DNA from: Eledone cirrhosa
Taxonomy: Eukaryota
NCBI GenBank assembly: GCA_964016885.1
Contig: OZ024761.1
Span: 26,412,001 to 26,476,000 of the forward strand
DNA: 64,000 nt
Direction: 5' to 3'
The stretch's first letter is position 1, and each line of letters starts with the position of its first letter. This document shows, in pieces, positions 42,018-55,327 of this stretch. The position numbers and the translations under genes are program-made. Below the pieces are notes generated by a model. The model was not told the DNA's origin. It did no database searches and was given only the letters and a program-made list of their open reading frames with translations.

Positions 42018-42285
42018 ATTATTACCCCACTTTCATCCTTACGGGTTCGATAAAATAAAAGTACCAGTAATGCACTGGGTAATTGCTGGCCTTGTGCCTA
42101 AATTAGAAACAATTATTACCCCAAGAACCGCTTACCTAGGAACATTCTTCAGCCGACCACCCGACTAAGAGAAGTTCTTGTTGAGTCAAACAACGCCGAA
42201 CATTAAAACTATCCTCGATACAGAGTACTCATAACCTCTACATGGATTGCCTTAGCCTTCAGTTATTACCGAGTAATATACGAAA

Positions 42286-42410
42286 CTAGACCACCCGTCG
42301 CCCGTTGGGTCACGTTCACTTTAAAATATTTTTTAAACATCATGTTCACTTAAAAATAATTTTTAAATAAAAAAAATATACACGGACATGTATATAAGGT
42401 GAAATGAAAC

Positions 42411-42450
<40 letters not shown>

Positions 42451-43236
42451 TATATATATATATGAAAATTAGAGTTAAAACTCCAATTGGAACCCTATAA
42501 TGGTTATGGGGCGGTTTGTATAATAATATATTTTTATTTTATCATTCTGCCTTCTTCTTGGTTAAATATTTCAAACAATTGTGGTTTTTCAACCCTTGTA
42601 ATTTTAGACACACGGTTTACTGTGTTTCTTACTATATATTATTATATATACTAATTCTTTATATATATATATATCTACCAATATATATATACAGATGCAT
42701 ACCTATGCTAGCAAATATATAGGTTTTGTCTTAGTAACTTTGTGGTTCAATGCAAGGGGATGCAGAACAATTATATGAAAGACGTAAAATAAGAAAATTA
42801 TAAAAATTAACTTACTTCCATGTTTATTCCCTTTCAGAAACTAATTATTTGGAGTGAAATTTTAGTAAGTTAATTTTTATAAATTACTTATTTTACGTCT
42901 TTCATATATATATATATATATATATATAAAGGTTAAACACGGTTCAATGAATAAATCAAAGAATGAGTTTTACAATAGATTGGAAGCACTCAACAATGTG
43001 GTTTTCCGGAGTTATTAATATTAATTCAAAATATTAACAAAATAGATATTCTTGTGATCAATTATATTTTATTATACATATTTCAGAGGTACTGAGTTAA
43101 CTTCAACAGTACGTCTCATCAGATAAAATAAGATGATGCATGACATACCCTGACATAGTAGATGGTTAAGATTCAGTCATGGTAGTGAGTAATATACGAC
43201 AAAATATATATATATATAAATGTGTGTGTGTATACA

Positions 43237-43306
<70 letters not shown>

Positions 43307-43390
43307 AATGTGTGTGTATACACGTGTGTGTATGTATATAAATATATATATATATATATAAATGTGTGCGCGTATACATATATATGTATG

Positions 43391-43421
<31 letters not shown>

Positions 43422-44014
43422 GTGTGTGCGTATACATATACATGTATGTATGTATGTATGTGTATGTATATATATATATATATAAATGTGTGTGCGTATA
43501 TATATATGTATGTGTGTATGTATGTATATATATATATATATATATATATGGGTGCCTATGATTCATATGCACTGGTCATAGAGACACACACACACACACA
43601 TATATACAAACACACACACTCACACATATACAGTATATATATATATATATATATACACCAACACCACCAGCTCTCTTCCATTCTCCTCTGTCTCCTCTAC
43701 ACCCCTGTCTCCTCTCCCTCTCTCTATGTCTCTCTCCTTCAATCTACTCTCTCACAACCCCTATCTCTTCCTCTCTATCTTTCTCTCTCTTTGTTTATGA
43801 AGGTACCCGGAAAAAAACATATATCTCGGGAACCCCTAATCCGATTTACGCGAAATTTGGAAACTAGTTTTATTCCATTTGTATCCCAATTTCAGGGGCA
43901 ACTTCCTTTCAAAAATATCCTCCCATTATGCGCCATTTTGGCTGTATTACATTATAGACAAGCAAACAATCAAGCAAACAATAACAGACTTTTAGTAATA
44001 TATATATATATAGA
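42286..44014 (-). mobile_element. Probable non-autonomous Helitron-like element with nested insertions
   Basis: Minus strand begins A|TCTATATATAT..TTGTTTGCTTG and ends with an imperfect GC hairpin CCCAACGGGCGACGGG then GGTCTAG|T. Confidence 0.45.
43065..43130 (-). ncRNA. Minimal type-I hammerhead ribozyme
   Basis: Minus strand TATTTTAT-CTGATGA-gacGTACTG..CAGTACctct-GAAA-TATGTA-TA-ATAAAATA; same family as 38616-38675 with a shared downstream tail. Confidence 0.7.
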
Positions 44015-44214
44015 TGATAAATAGTTGTTTCTACTTTAGGCACAAGACCAGCAATTACCCAGTACATTACTGGTACTTTATTTTATCGACCCCGTAAGGA
44101 TGAAAGGCAAAGTTAACCTCGGCGGGATTCGAACTCAGAATGGCAAGGGGCGTAACTCTATGCGTCAAAGCATGGCGTCCGACCCTCTACCACTACTGCC
44201 AATCCATCCTATAA

Positions 44215-44930
44215 TAATTGTTTCTACTTTAGGCACAAGGCCAGCAATTACCCCAGTACATTACTGGTACTTTATTTTATCGACCCCGTAAGGATGAAAG
44301 GCAAAGTTAACCTCGGATAATAATTGTTTCTACTTTAGGCACAAGGCCAGCAATTACCCCAGTACATTACTGGTACTTTATTTTATCGACCCCGTAAGGA
44401 TGAAAGGCAAAGTTAACCTCGGATAATAATTGTTTCTACTTTAGGCACAAGGCCAGCAATTACCCCAGTACATTACTGGTACTTTATTTTATCGACCCCG
44501 TAAGGATGAAAGGCAAAGTTAACCTCGGATAATAATTGTTTCTACTTTAGGCACAAGGCCAGCAATTACCCCAGTACATTACTGGTACTTTATTTTATCG
44601 ACCCCGTAAGGATGAAAGGCAAAGTTAACCTCGGATAATAATTGTTTCTACTTTAGGCACAAGGCCAGCAATTACCCCAGTACATTACTGGTACTTTATT
44701 TTATCGACCCCGTAAGGATGAAAGGCAAAGTTAACCTCGGATAATATTTGTTTCTACTTTAGGCACAAGGCCAGCAATTACCCCAGTACATTACTGGTAC
44801 TTTATTTTATCGACCCCGTAAGGATGAAAGGCAAAGTTAACCTCAGCGGGATTTGAACTCAGACTGTAAAGGGACGTAACTATGCTAGAAAGCATGGCGT
44901 CCGACCCTCTACCGATACTGCCAATCCAAC
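44215..44930 (-). repeat. 106-bp tandem array derived from the dominant SINE (6 units, the last continuing into a full SINE head)
   Basis: Period 44221 to 44327; near-identical units. Confidence 0.95.
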
Positions 44931-45077
44931 TGCATTGGAGATAAATAGTTTAAAGAGATGTGTAAGGCTGTAAAGGTTTTGTGTATTAACCATATTTTAA
45001 CAATTATATTTTCACATGATTGCCTTTAATTTAATTCTTAAGCTTATATGAATAAGAAAGGTTGAAATAATAGCGCT

Positions 45078-45221
45078 GTGGATATAAGAATGGTGTTGTA
45101 TATAATATATGGTGGATATAAGAATGGTGTTGTATATAATATATGGTGGATATAAGAATGCTGTTGTATATAATATATGGTGGATATAAGAATGCTGTTG
45201 TATATAATATATGGTGGATAT
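45078..45221. repeat. 34-bp tandem repeat, about 4 copies
   Basis: gtggatataagaatggtgttgtatataatatatg units. Confidence 0.85.
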
Positions 45222-47024
45222 ACACGCTGTAGCGAACACTGTAAGAAAGCTGTACATCATTTGCAGTATTTAAATACAATGAAACCTACACAGCAATTAG
45301 TTAAATTCAATGATGTTGTTAATGGATGGAGGCGGTGATGGCTAAAATGGCGTCTCCACTGGTGACGGTGGTGATGGTAGTGGCTACAGTGGTGGTGGTG
45401 GTGGTGGTAGTGGCTATAATGGTGTCTATAGTGGTGTTTGTGGTGGTGGTGGTGGCTATAATGGTTTCTATAGTCGTGTTGGTGGTGGTGGTGGCTAAAA
45501 TGGCGTCTCCACTGGTGACGGTGGTGATGGTAGTGGCTACAGTGGTGGTGGTGGGGGTGGGTATAATGGTGTCTATAGTGGTGTTGGTGGTGGTGGTGGT
45601 GGTGGTGGTGAAGGTGGTGGTGGCTAAAATGGCGTCTACACTGATGGTGGTGGAGAGGCGATTGTGGCTACAGTGGTAGTGGTGGTTACAGTGGTGCTGG
45701 TGATGGTGGTGGAGGCGGTGTTGATGGTGGCTACAATGGTGATGGTGGAGGCTACAATGGTGGTGGCGATGGCGGTGGTGGTGGTAGTGGTGGTGGTGAT
45801 GATGGTTACAATGTTGATGGTGATGATGGCGGTGTAGAGACCCAAGTCTGACATGCTCAACCAGACCTATCCTATAATAAATTTCTTCTTTACAGTCATT
45901 AGATTACGACCATACTGGAGCAACGTTTTCAACAGATTTTAATCCATCATATCGACCAAAGTATATGTTTGTTTGTTGCTGTTGTTGCTGCTGTTGTTGT
46001 TGTTGTTGTTGTTGTTGTTTTTTTTTGTTTTTTTTTGTTTTTTTTTGTCATATCAATGCATTGGTATTTGTAGCTGTTTGTTCTCTGTCGAAATCCTGCT
46101 GATGCTACGTTTACCATTCATCTTTAAGGGGTCGATAAAATAAAGCACCAGTAACACGCTGGGGTCTATTTCATCGACTCCCGCCCTCCCCCCTTCAAAT
46201 TGCTGGCCTTGTGCCTAAAGTAGAAACAATTATTTGGCAGTATCGGTAGAGGGTCGGACGCCATGCTTTGCATACACAGTTACGTCCGTTTACGCACTGA
46301 GTTCAAAACCCGCCGAGGTTAACTTTGCCTTTCATCCTTAAGGGGTCGATAAAATAAAGTACCAGTAATGAAAAGGAACGATCGACTTTCGTCAAATCGG
46401 ACTGAGGGAACAATGTTTCCGTTGGTCTTTCCAATTGCTAATACTATCTATCGGTCGCAACTCCAGGTAGAAGGAGCAACGTGAAATAAAGTGTCTTGCT
46501 CAAGGACATAACGCATCGCCTGGTCCAGGAATCGAACTCACAACCTTACGATTGCGAATCCAATTCCCTAACCACTCACCAAATACATTGGGATAATTGC
46601 TGGCCTTGTTCCAAAAGTAGAAACAATTATTATTATTATGATGATTTGAAACTTCCCTTGAATCCTTCTACTTCCCCCAAATCATGCCTAGTGTCAACCT
46701 AATACCCGAGATCAACATTTGATAATACACGCATTGTACAATCAATTGTCTTACAAATGATTGCACAAGGGCACAAAGCACAGGTTTTAGATTGATAATC
46801 CCCTTCTCAGGCTTGGCCAGTACCAGTCAGCACTATTTTCTGTATCTCTTGCAGCGATGGTATTTCCAGGTATCCGGTCTAGACATATTGCAGTTCCTCT
46901 TTTTATCATACCAACTGCACCGACTATCATTGGTAGTTTTATGCCTTAAGATGCCACATTTTCTCAATTTCAATTGATAGATCTTTATACTTACTAAGAT
47001 TTCTGAACTCTTTCGAGGATATGT

Positions 47025-47850
47025 TACGATCTGAGGTTAGCTTTGCCTTTCATCCTTATGGGGTCGATAAAATAAAGTACCGGTAATGCACTGAGGGCCA
47101 ATTTAATCGACAAAAAAATAATTACTGGCCTTGTGCCTGTATAAGAAACCAAATAAGAAACCTCGTTGAGGTTAACTTTGCCTTTTATCCTTACGAGGTC
47201 GATAAAATAAAGTACCAGTAATGTACTGGGTAATTGCCGGCCTTGTGCCAAAAGTAGAAACAAGAAACCATTATTGTTAGTGGATTAGAGGCAGTGGATT
47301 GGCAGTATCGGTAGAGAGTGGGACGCCATACTTTGACTCATAGAGTTACGGCCCTTGCTATTCTGAATTCAAATCCTGCAGAGGTTAACCTTGCCTTTCA
47401 TCCTTACGGGGTCGATAAATGAAGTACCAGTAATCCACTGGTTAATTGCTGGCCTTGTGCCAAAAGTAGAAACAATTATTATTAGTAGCATCGATTTATG
47501 GCCCTTTACGTTGTGATTTCAAATCCCGCCGACGTTAACTTTCTCTTTCATCCTTACGGAGTAGATAAAATAAAGTACCAGTCACGCACTGGGGTCGATT
47601 TAATCGCCCCCACCTCCCCTAAATTGCTGGCCTTGTGCCTACATAAGACACAATTATTATAGTGAATTAGCAGTATCGGTAGAGGGTCGGACACCATGCT
47701 TTCCTGTATAGTTACGTCCCTTTATGGTCTGAGTTCAAATCCTGCCGAGGTTAACTTTGCCTTTCATCCTTACTGGGTTGATAAAATAAAGTACCAGTAA
47801 TGCACTGGGGTAAATGCGGGCCTTGTGCCAAAAGTAGAAACAATTATTAT
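47025..47850 (+). mobile_element. Cluster of about five dominant-family SINE copies
   Basis: Repeated core on the plus strand with (ATT)n tails. Confidence 0.8.
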
Positions 47851-48336
47851 TATCATTACTGTTATTATTAATATTATTATTATTATTACTATTACAATAA
47901 CGTCCGACCAATTTAACGACAGGGCCCCACACACCCTCATTAAATATTCCATTGCATTCATTTACAATTCATGAAAAATCATAAATGTCAGAATCATTTC
48001 AAAAAATGCAGATTAATGACTGCTGAAAAACACAAACATAACCAAAGAAAAAAGAAATCCGCCATATTTGATTTCGGGGCGTAGCATTTCATAGCATTGT
48101 ATTTGTGTATATGTGTGTGTGTCTGTGTGCATGTTTGTGTTCGATGTGTCTGTCTGTGTGTGTGTGTGTGTGGGTGTCTGTGCGTGTGTTTGATGTTGTT
48201 ATTATCATTATTATTATTATTAGTATTATTATTTTCACACGCGTATTAGAATGCAGAACGAAATATGAGGTGTCAATATGTCCGACTGGATTAGGTGTTA
48301 ACTTTACAACAAAAAAGAAAGTGAGAGAGAGAGGGG

Positions 48337-48397
<61 letters not shown>

Positions 48398-48749
48398 TGA
48401 CTGTGTGTGTGTGTGTGTGTGTGCGTGTATATGTGTGTGCGTGTGTGGTTGTTTAGAAAAACCGTGTAATATGAGAGGTTGTAGTGACAGGAGCATTTCA
48501 AATGTTGAAAGTCAACAGTAGCAAAACAAAAGATGTATAATGTTTTGTGTCAATTATGTTGCACCCGTCCCTACACCAGGCACCACCAACGCCACCACCA
48601 ACAACACCACTACAGTACTACACTATTACACTAACTGTAATCCTAAACACAATACTCTAACAGCACTCGTTTTCTACACTCACCACCACCTTTACCACAC
48701 TAACAGGAACACTAACAACCAATAATCTAACCTTTGCCCCATTTCTATC

Positions 48750-49327
48750 CCACCAACAACACCATCAACACCAACACCAACACCGACAACACCAACAACA
48801 ACGCCAACAACACCACCAAAAACAACACCACCAACAACACCACCAACACTAACACCACCACCTCCAACACCACCACCAACAACAACAACAACACCACCAC
48901 CAACAACAAAAACACCACCAACAACAACAACACCACCACCAACAACACCACCACCAACAACACCACCACCAACAACAACACCAACAACACCAACACCACC
49001 AACACCACCAACAACACCACCAACACCACCAACAAAACCAACAACAACACCATCAACAACAACACCACCACCAACAACAACACCACCAACAACAACACCA
49101 CCACCAACACCAACAACACCAACAACACCACCACCAACACCAACAACACCAACAACACCACCAACAACAACACCACCAACAACAACACCACCACCAACAA
49201 CAACACCAACAACACCAACACCACCAACACCAACACCACCAACAACAACACCAAAAACACCTCCAACAACAACATCATCAACCCCACCAACAACAGCAAA
49301 ACGACAACACCACCACCGCCAACAACA
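48750..49327. repeat. (CAA/CAC)n compound trinucleotide repeat
   Basis: Directly visible. Confidence 0.95.
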
Positions 49328-49519
49328 TAATTGTAAATCGAACTTTAGCTGCAGTATAGCAAGTACTATTCCATTTGTTTGAGGCAACCACAAACCACTC
49401 AATGGAATGAAAGTTAAAAACACACATTAAGTTCCGAGTTAACACCGTAGTTATAAAATGTGATACCAAGAAAACCGACTGAAGGCACAGACTATAAATA
49501 CAACAAAATTACGATAGAT

Positions 49520-49556
<37 letters not shown>

Positions 49557-49876
49557 TGTGTGTGTGTGTGTATGTATCCATGTGCGTGTCTTTGTTGCTG
49601 TTGTTGTTGTACTCCGGTGTATTTTTGTGTGCTAAATGATGACATTGTGAATAATTATCATATACTAATATGACGGTACAATAATTACATTGTTTTCACA
49701 GTTTAGGCTTCTGGCTGGGAATGTTGTATTACAATAACTTTATGCATGTGCTCCAAATAAATTTGTTGGGCAAATTATAAACATCGAGATGGTAATCACT
49801 GGATATCCATCTAAACCCTTATTATACTTGTGTCTAAAAATATATATGTATCTCCAATTGATTTGTCATATAGGAA

Positions 49877-49929
<53 letters not shown>

Positions 49930-50135
49930 AAGTGAGGTTTTTTTTACAAAATGAAAAATAACCGAGGTGTCCTACACGAGTGAAAGTATAACGAAAAAGA
50001 GATGAAATCGAAAATGCAACTGGAGTCTTATTTTTTTTTTTAATATATATATTTATTTGGTTCCTTTTCCGGTTTCGCAGTTCTTCTGCTTTTCAAAAGG
50101 GGAGTTGAGATGGAGGGTCTGTGGTTTTTCTCACA

Positions 50136-50167
<32 letters not shown>

Positions 50168-50547
50168 CATATTTATATACATGAAATCGTTTAATTTCCT
50201 ATATTGACCTCCTGTAATTGGCACTCATGAGAATATCTATAAATCAATAATTTAAATACCTAGCTGATCGGACGGTCTACTATGACCAGCAATATGTTAA
50301 TGGGCTGTATATTGGGAATCGAGAGGAATGAAATTCTAACTGAAATAGAATTTACATATCTAAATATCTAAATAGTTATATATATATATATATGCGTATA
50401 TATATATATAATACGTGTGCGTATGTGTGTATACACATATGCATATGTGCGTGCGTGTATGTGTATACATATGTACATATGTATATGTTTATATGTGTAT
50501 GCATATGTACATGTGTGTATTTTTATATATGTATACATACATATATA

Positions 50548-50578
<31 letters not shown>

Positions 50579-50645
50579 GTATACATATATACATATATAT
50601 ATATACATATATATGTCTGTATATATATATATGTATGTGTGTGTG

Positions 50646-50679
<34 letters not shown>

Positions 50680-50733
50680 TATATACATATGTGTGTGTGT
50701 GTATATATATGTATGTGTGTATGTGTGTGTATG

Positions 50734-50764
<31 letters not shown>

Positions 50765-50805
50765 CAGTCGAAATACGATTCTCGCTGAATATATATTTAT
50801 ATATG

Positions 50806-50841
<36 letters not shown>

Positions 50842-50849
50842 TATATATA

Positions 50850-50881
<32 letters not shown>

Positions 50882-50917
50882 ATGTAATATATGTATATGT
50901 ATGTTGTATATAGTGTG

Positions 50918-50967
<50 letters not shown>

Positions 50968-51246
50968 TCTATATATATCTCTCTCTCTATATATATATAT
51001 ATACACACACACACATATAACAGGGGGAAAGAGAGAAGGGACATATATATATGTAGTACCATAGTGAAAAAACCTAAATATGTTACTTAATTGAAACATC
51101 GTTCTTCATCTAGGAGAAAGATTTCGGTTTAATATGCAAGATATATTGATAATGAAAGTTTAGATATTAAGATATTAATTAATATCCTAATTAGTGAAGT
51201 GACTGGCTTTTGATCTGTTTACGAAATCATATTTCGGAATATATTC

Positions 51247-51278
<32 letters not shown>

Positions 51279-51759
51279 GTATATGTATATGGTATACATA
51301 TGTATATGTATGTTGTATATATTGTATATATATATATATATGTGTATGTATATATGTATATGTATATTGTATATATATGCGTATGCACATTGTATATATT
51401 ATATGTATATTGTATATATATGCGTAAGAATATTGTATATATTATATGAATATTGTATATATATATATATATATGTGTGTATGTATATTGTATATATTAT
51501 ATGTATATGTATATTGTATATATTATATGTATATGTATATATATATATATTATATGTATATTGTATATATTATATGTATATTGTATATATATATGTGTAT
51601 GTATATTGTATATATTATATGTATTTTGTGTATTGTATATGTATATATATATATATATCCTCGTATATATATATGTATATATTTATATATATATATATAT
51701 ATATATATCTTTTGTATATATATATATATATGTATATATTTATATCTTTTTCTTCGCCC

Positions 51760-53870
51760 ACTTATTCCTGAGAGGGTCGTGTGGTCCGATTCCTCAAACA
51801 CTTCTTCCAGTGAGACCATCAACGCTTATGGATTTTATCCAGCCATCTTGCTCGCGCTGTGTCTCTTGTCGATTGCTTTTGCCTATAAAATCCTCCCTGT
51901 GATTCTTTCCCCAGAGATTTTAACCACTTGTCCATAGTTTTGGAGCTCTGATCTCTCAATTCGGAGAAGTAGCCGCAGTACCTGGAGTGGCTCTCTAATC
52001 TCCGAGCTACAAATCTGTCCAGCAATTCGTTCCTAAGACATTCTAACTACATGCCCAGAGTATCTGAGCTGTGATATCTCAATTTGGAGAAGTAGCGGCT
52101 CTACGTGGAGTGACTCTCTAATCTCCGAGCTACAAATCTGTCCAGCAATTCGTTCCTAAGACATTCTAACTACATGCCCATAGTATCTGAGCTGTGATAT
52201 CTCAATTTGGAGAAGTCGCGGCTCTACGTGGAGTGACTCTCTAATCTCCGAGCTACAAATCTGTCCAGCAATTCGTTCCTAAGACATTCTAACTACATGC
52301 CCAGAGTATCAGAGCTGTGATATCTCAATTTGGAGAAGTAGCGGCTCTACGTGGAGTGACTCTCTAATCTCCGAGCTACAAATCTGTCCAGCAATTCGTT
52401 CCTAAGACATTCTAACTACATGCCCAGAGTATCAGAGCTGTGATATCTCAATTTGGAGAAGTCGCGGCTCTACGTGGAGTGACTCTCTAATCTCCGAGCT
52501 ACAAATCTGTCCATCAATTCGTTCCTAAGACATTCTAACTACATGCCCAGAGTATCTGAGCTGTGATATCTCAATTTGGAGAAGTCGCGGCTCTACGTGG
52601 AGTGACTCTCTAATCTCCGAGCTACAAATCTGTCCAGCAATTCGTTCCTAAGACATTCTAACTACATGCCCATAGTATCTGAGCTGTGATATCTCAATTT
52701 GGAGAAGTCGCGGCTCTACGTGGAGTGACTCTCTAATCTCCGAGCTACAAATCTGTCCAGCAATTCGTTCCTAAGACATTCTAACTACATGCCCATAGTA
52801 TCTGAGCTGTGATATCTCAATTTGGAGAAGTCGCGGCTCTACGTGGAGTGACTCTCTAATCTCCGAGCTACAAATCTGTCCAGCAATTCGTTCCTAAGAC
52901 ATTCTAACTACATGCCCATAGTATCTGAGCTGTGATATCTCAATTTGGAGAAGTAGCGGCTCTACGTGGAGTGACTCTCTGATCTCTGAGCTAGTCATTC
53001 TATCATGTAACGTTATTATTACATTTTATGGTGAAGACTTAGAAACTAAACAAAGAGCATCTTTAAATATCTTAAACATCCTTCTTCAACTGATCCTCCT
53101 GGATCCCCAAGCGAGACCAGCCAAGATCATGGATGTTATCCAACCATCTTGCTCGGGGTGGGTCTATCTCTGGGTCTCATGCCGGTTGGTTTCACCTGTA
53201 AAATCTGTCCAGTGATTCTTTCCTGAGATATTCTAAACCAATGTCTATAGTATCGGACCTGTGATCTCTCAATTTGGAGAAGTAGCTGATCTACCTGAAG
53301 AGACTCTCTGAACTCCGAGCTACAAATGTGTCCAGCAATTCATTCCTAAGACATTCTAACTACATGCCCATAGTATCTGAGCTGTGATCTCTCAATTTGG
53401 AGAAGTAGCTGATCTACCTGAAGAGACTCTCTGAACTCCGAGCTACAAATCTGTCCATCAATTCGTTCCTAAGACATTCTAACTACATCCCCATAGTATC
53501 TGAGCTGTGATCTCTCAATTTGGAGAAGTAGCTGATCTACCTGAAGAGACTCTCTGAACTCCGAGCTACAAATCTGTCCAGCAATTCGTTCCTAAGACAT
53601 TCTAACTACATGCCCATAGTATCTGAGCTGTGATCTCTCAATTTGGAGAAGTAGCTGATCTACCTGAAGAGACTCTCTGAACTCCGAGCTACAAATCTGT
53701 CCAGCAATTCGTTCCGAAGACATTCTAATTACATGCCCATAGTATCTGAGCTGTGATATCTCAATTCGAAGAAATAGCGGCTCTACTTGGAGAGCCTCTC
53801 TGATCTCCGAGCTAGATACTCTATCATGTAACGTTATTATGATATCTGATGGTGAAAACTTAGAAACTGA
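51760..53870 (-). mobile_element. Tandemly duplicated RTE-clade LINE 3' fragment, each copy with an amplified 123-bp internal array
   Basis: Minus translation TLHDRVSSSEIREALQVEPLFLRIEISQLRYYGHVIRMSSERIAGQI...KPTGMRPRDRP; arrays at about 51950-52990 (about 8 units) and 53260-53812 (about 4.5 units); period 52004 to 52127. Confidence 0.85.
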
Positions 53871-54529
53871 ACATATCTGAAATAATCGTTTAAGCTATTT
53901 TCATATATAAAACGATTAATATTACATTAGAAGCAAAATGATATAAGAATTACGAGAAGCAAACACAGACGAACATATAATTAGCAGATAACGAAGTAGG
54001 CGGTGTATAACACGCACAAATGAAATAAATACTTTAAAAGATAATAAAATGGAATGAGTGTATTAAGACGACTTTGTGTTTGTTTGGTATAAATAGATTG
54101 TTGGAGAAATATTCAAAGCGTAGCGGAGAGGGTATATGTAGAATTTAGATTATCAAATAATAACTACCACTAGCTGTTCTGATTACTGTCTCATCACTGT
54201 AGGACCTGATCAAATAATGGAAGAGGATTTTCAAATAATTATGAAAATAATCAAGAATTTGGAGGGATTTAGTAATATAACTTTCTCATATGAGGGAACA
54301 TACAAGGTATTAGCAACAGAACATATCGATGAGATGACAATTGCTTTGGTGAATGAATGGAAGTAAAGACCCACACACACACTCACACACACATACCAGG
54401 TCCAAACTCAGAGGAGCTGAACTCCTACTGTCATCACCTCCATCTCTTTCGCCCTCCCCATCTCTCACTATTATGAGCACATGGGGTCCCACGTGCTGGC
54501 CGCCCCACGGTTCCTGTGGATATAATGGA

Positions 54530-55020
54530 GAAGGTGTTTTCTCCCGGAGGATGGTTAGCGTGATGCGCTGGAAGAGCCATTCCATCTCGCGAGGCTGATA
54601 CCTGCGGCTAGTCAGCTCGACGCCTATGGTGGTGAGTAGGGAGGTAGCCCTGGGGCCACGGACTCCATAAGTCTCCACTGCTACGACAACCGATCTCAGC
54701 ACCGATGGTGGTGCCTAGGGAGGTAGCCCTAGGGCCACGGACTCCATAAGTCTCCACTGCTACGACTTCCCATCTCAGCGCCGATGGTGGTGCGTAGGGA
54801 GGTAGCCCTAGGGCCACGGACTCCATAAGTCTCCACTGCTACGACTTCCCATCTCAGCGCCGATGGTGGTGAGTAGGGAGGTGGCCCTAGGGCCAAGAAG
54901 ATCAGAAGTCTCCACTGCTAGACGCTCGACTGCAAACCTGTCGGAGAGTGACCGATACTTGGAGAGTTTACCCTCCAGAGGCCGAAGTTCAGCAGAGCCT
55001 GGGTTAATAGGATGCACATG
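54530..55020 (-). mobile_element. CRE-clade non-LTR 3' fragment with a 79-bp unit repeated about 4 times
   Basis: NPGSA..EGKLSKYRSLSDRF..AVETYGVRGPRATSLLTTIG...REMEWLFQRITLTILRE; homologous to the 32.6-33 kb element. Confidence 0.75.
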
Positions 55021-55257
55021 TGAGACAACGTTAAATTGAACACAAAATTAAGTAATGAGAAAATGGAGAAGGATTAAAGACGGGTCGATATGGATGTAAT
55101 GATGAATAATACATATATATTTTGGTTAACATTGAGGACCGAATGAATTAACTGTGGAGATATAGAAGATACGGAAGCGAAAACCAACCAAACAGTGAGT
55201 GTGTTCTGTTATTATTTCTGGTAATATGATTACAACAATATGACCCTCCCCAAGTAT

Positions 55258-55324
<67 letters not shown>

Positions 55325-55327
<3 letters not shown>

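Noticed and set aside
44215-44930. CRISPR-like appearance of regular repeats (also 10.3, 36.7 and 52 kb)
   Set aside because: No unique spacers, eukaryotic context and no cas genes; these are tandem repeats
48692-49423. Asn/Thr mucin-like and Val/Gly ORFs
   Set aside because: Pure CAA/CAC trinucleotide repeat
50060-50105. Hammerhead-like motif on the minus strand (also about 4235-4285 and 17320-17380)
   Set aside because: Core CTGANGA mutated and stem I incomplete; counted only as possible decayed relatives
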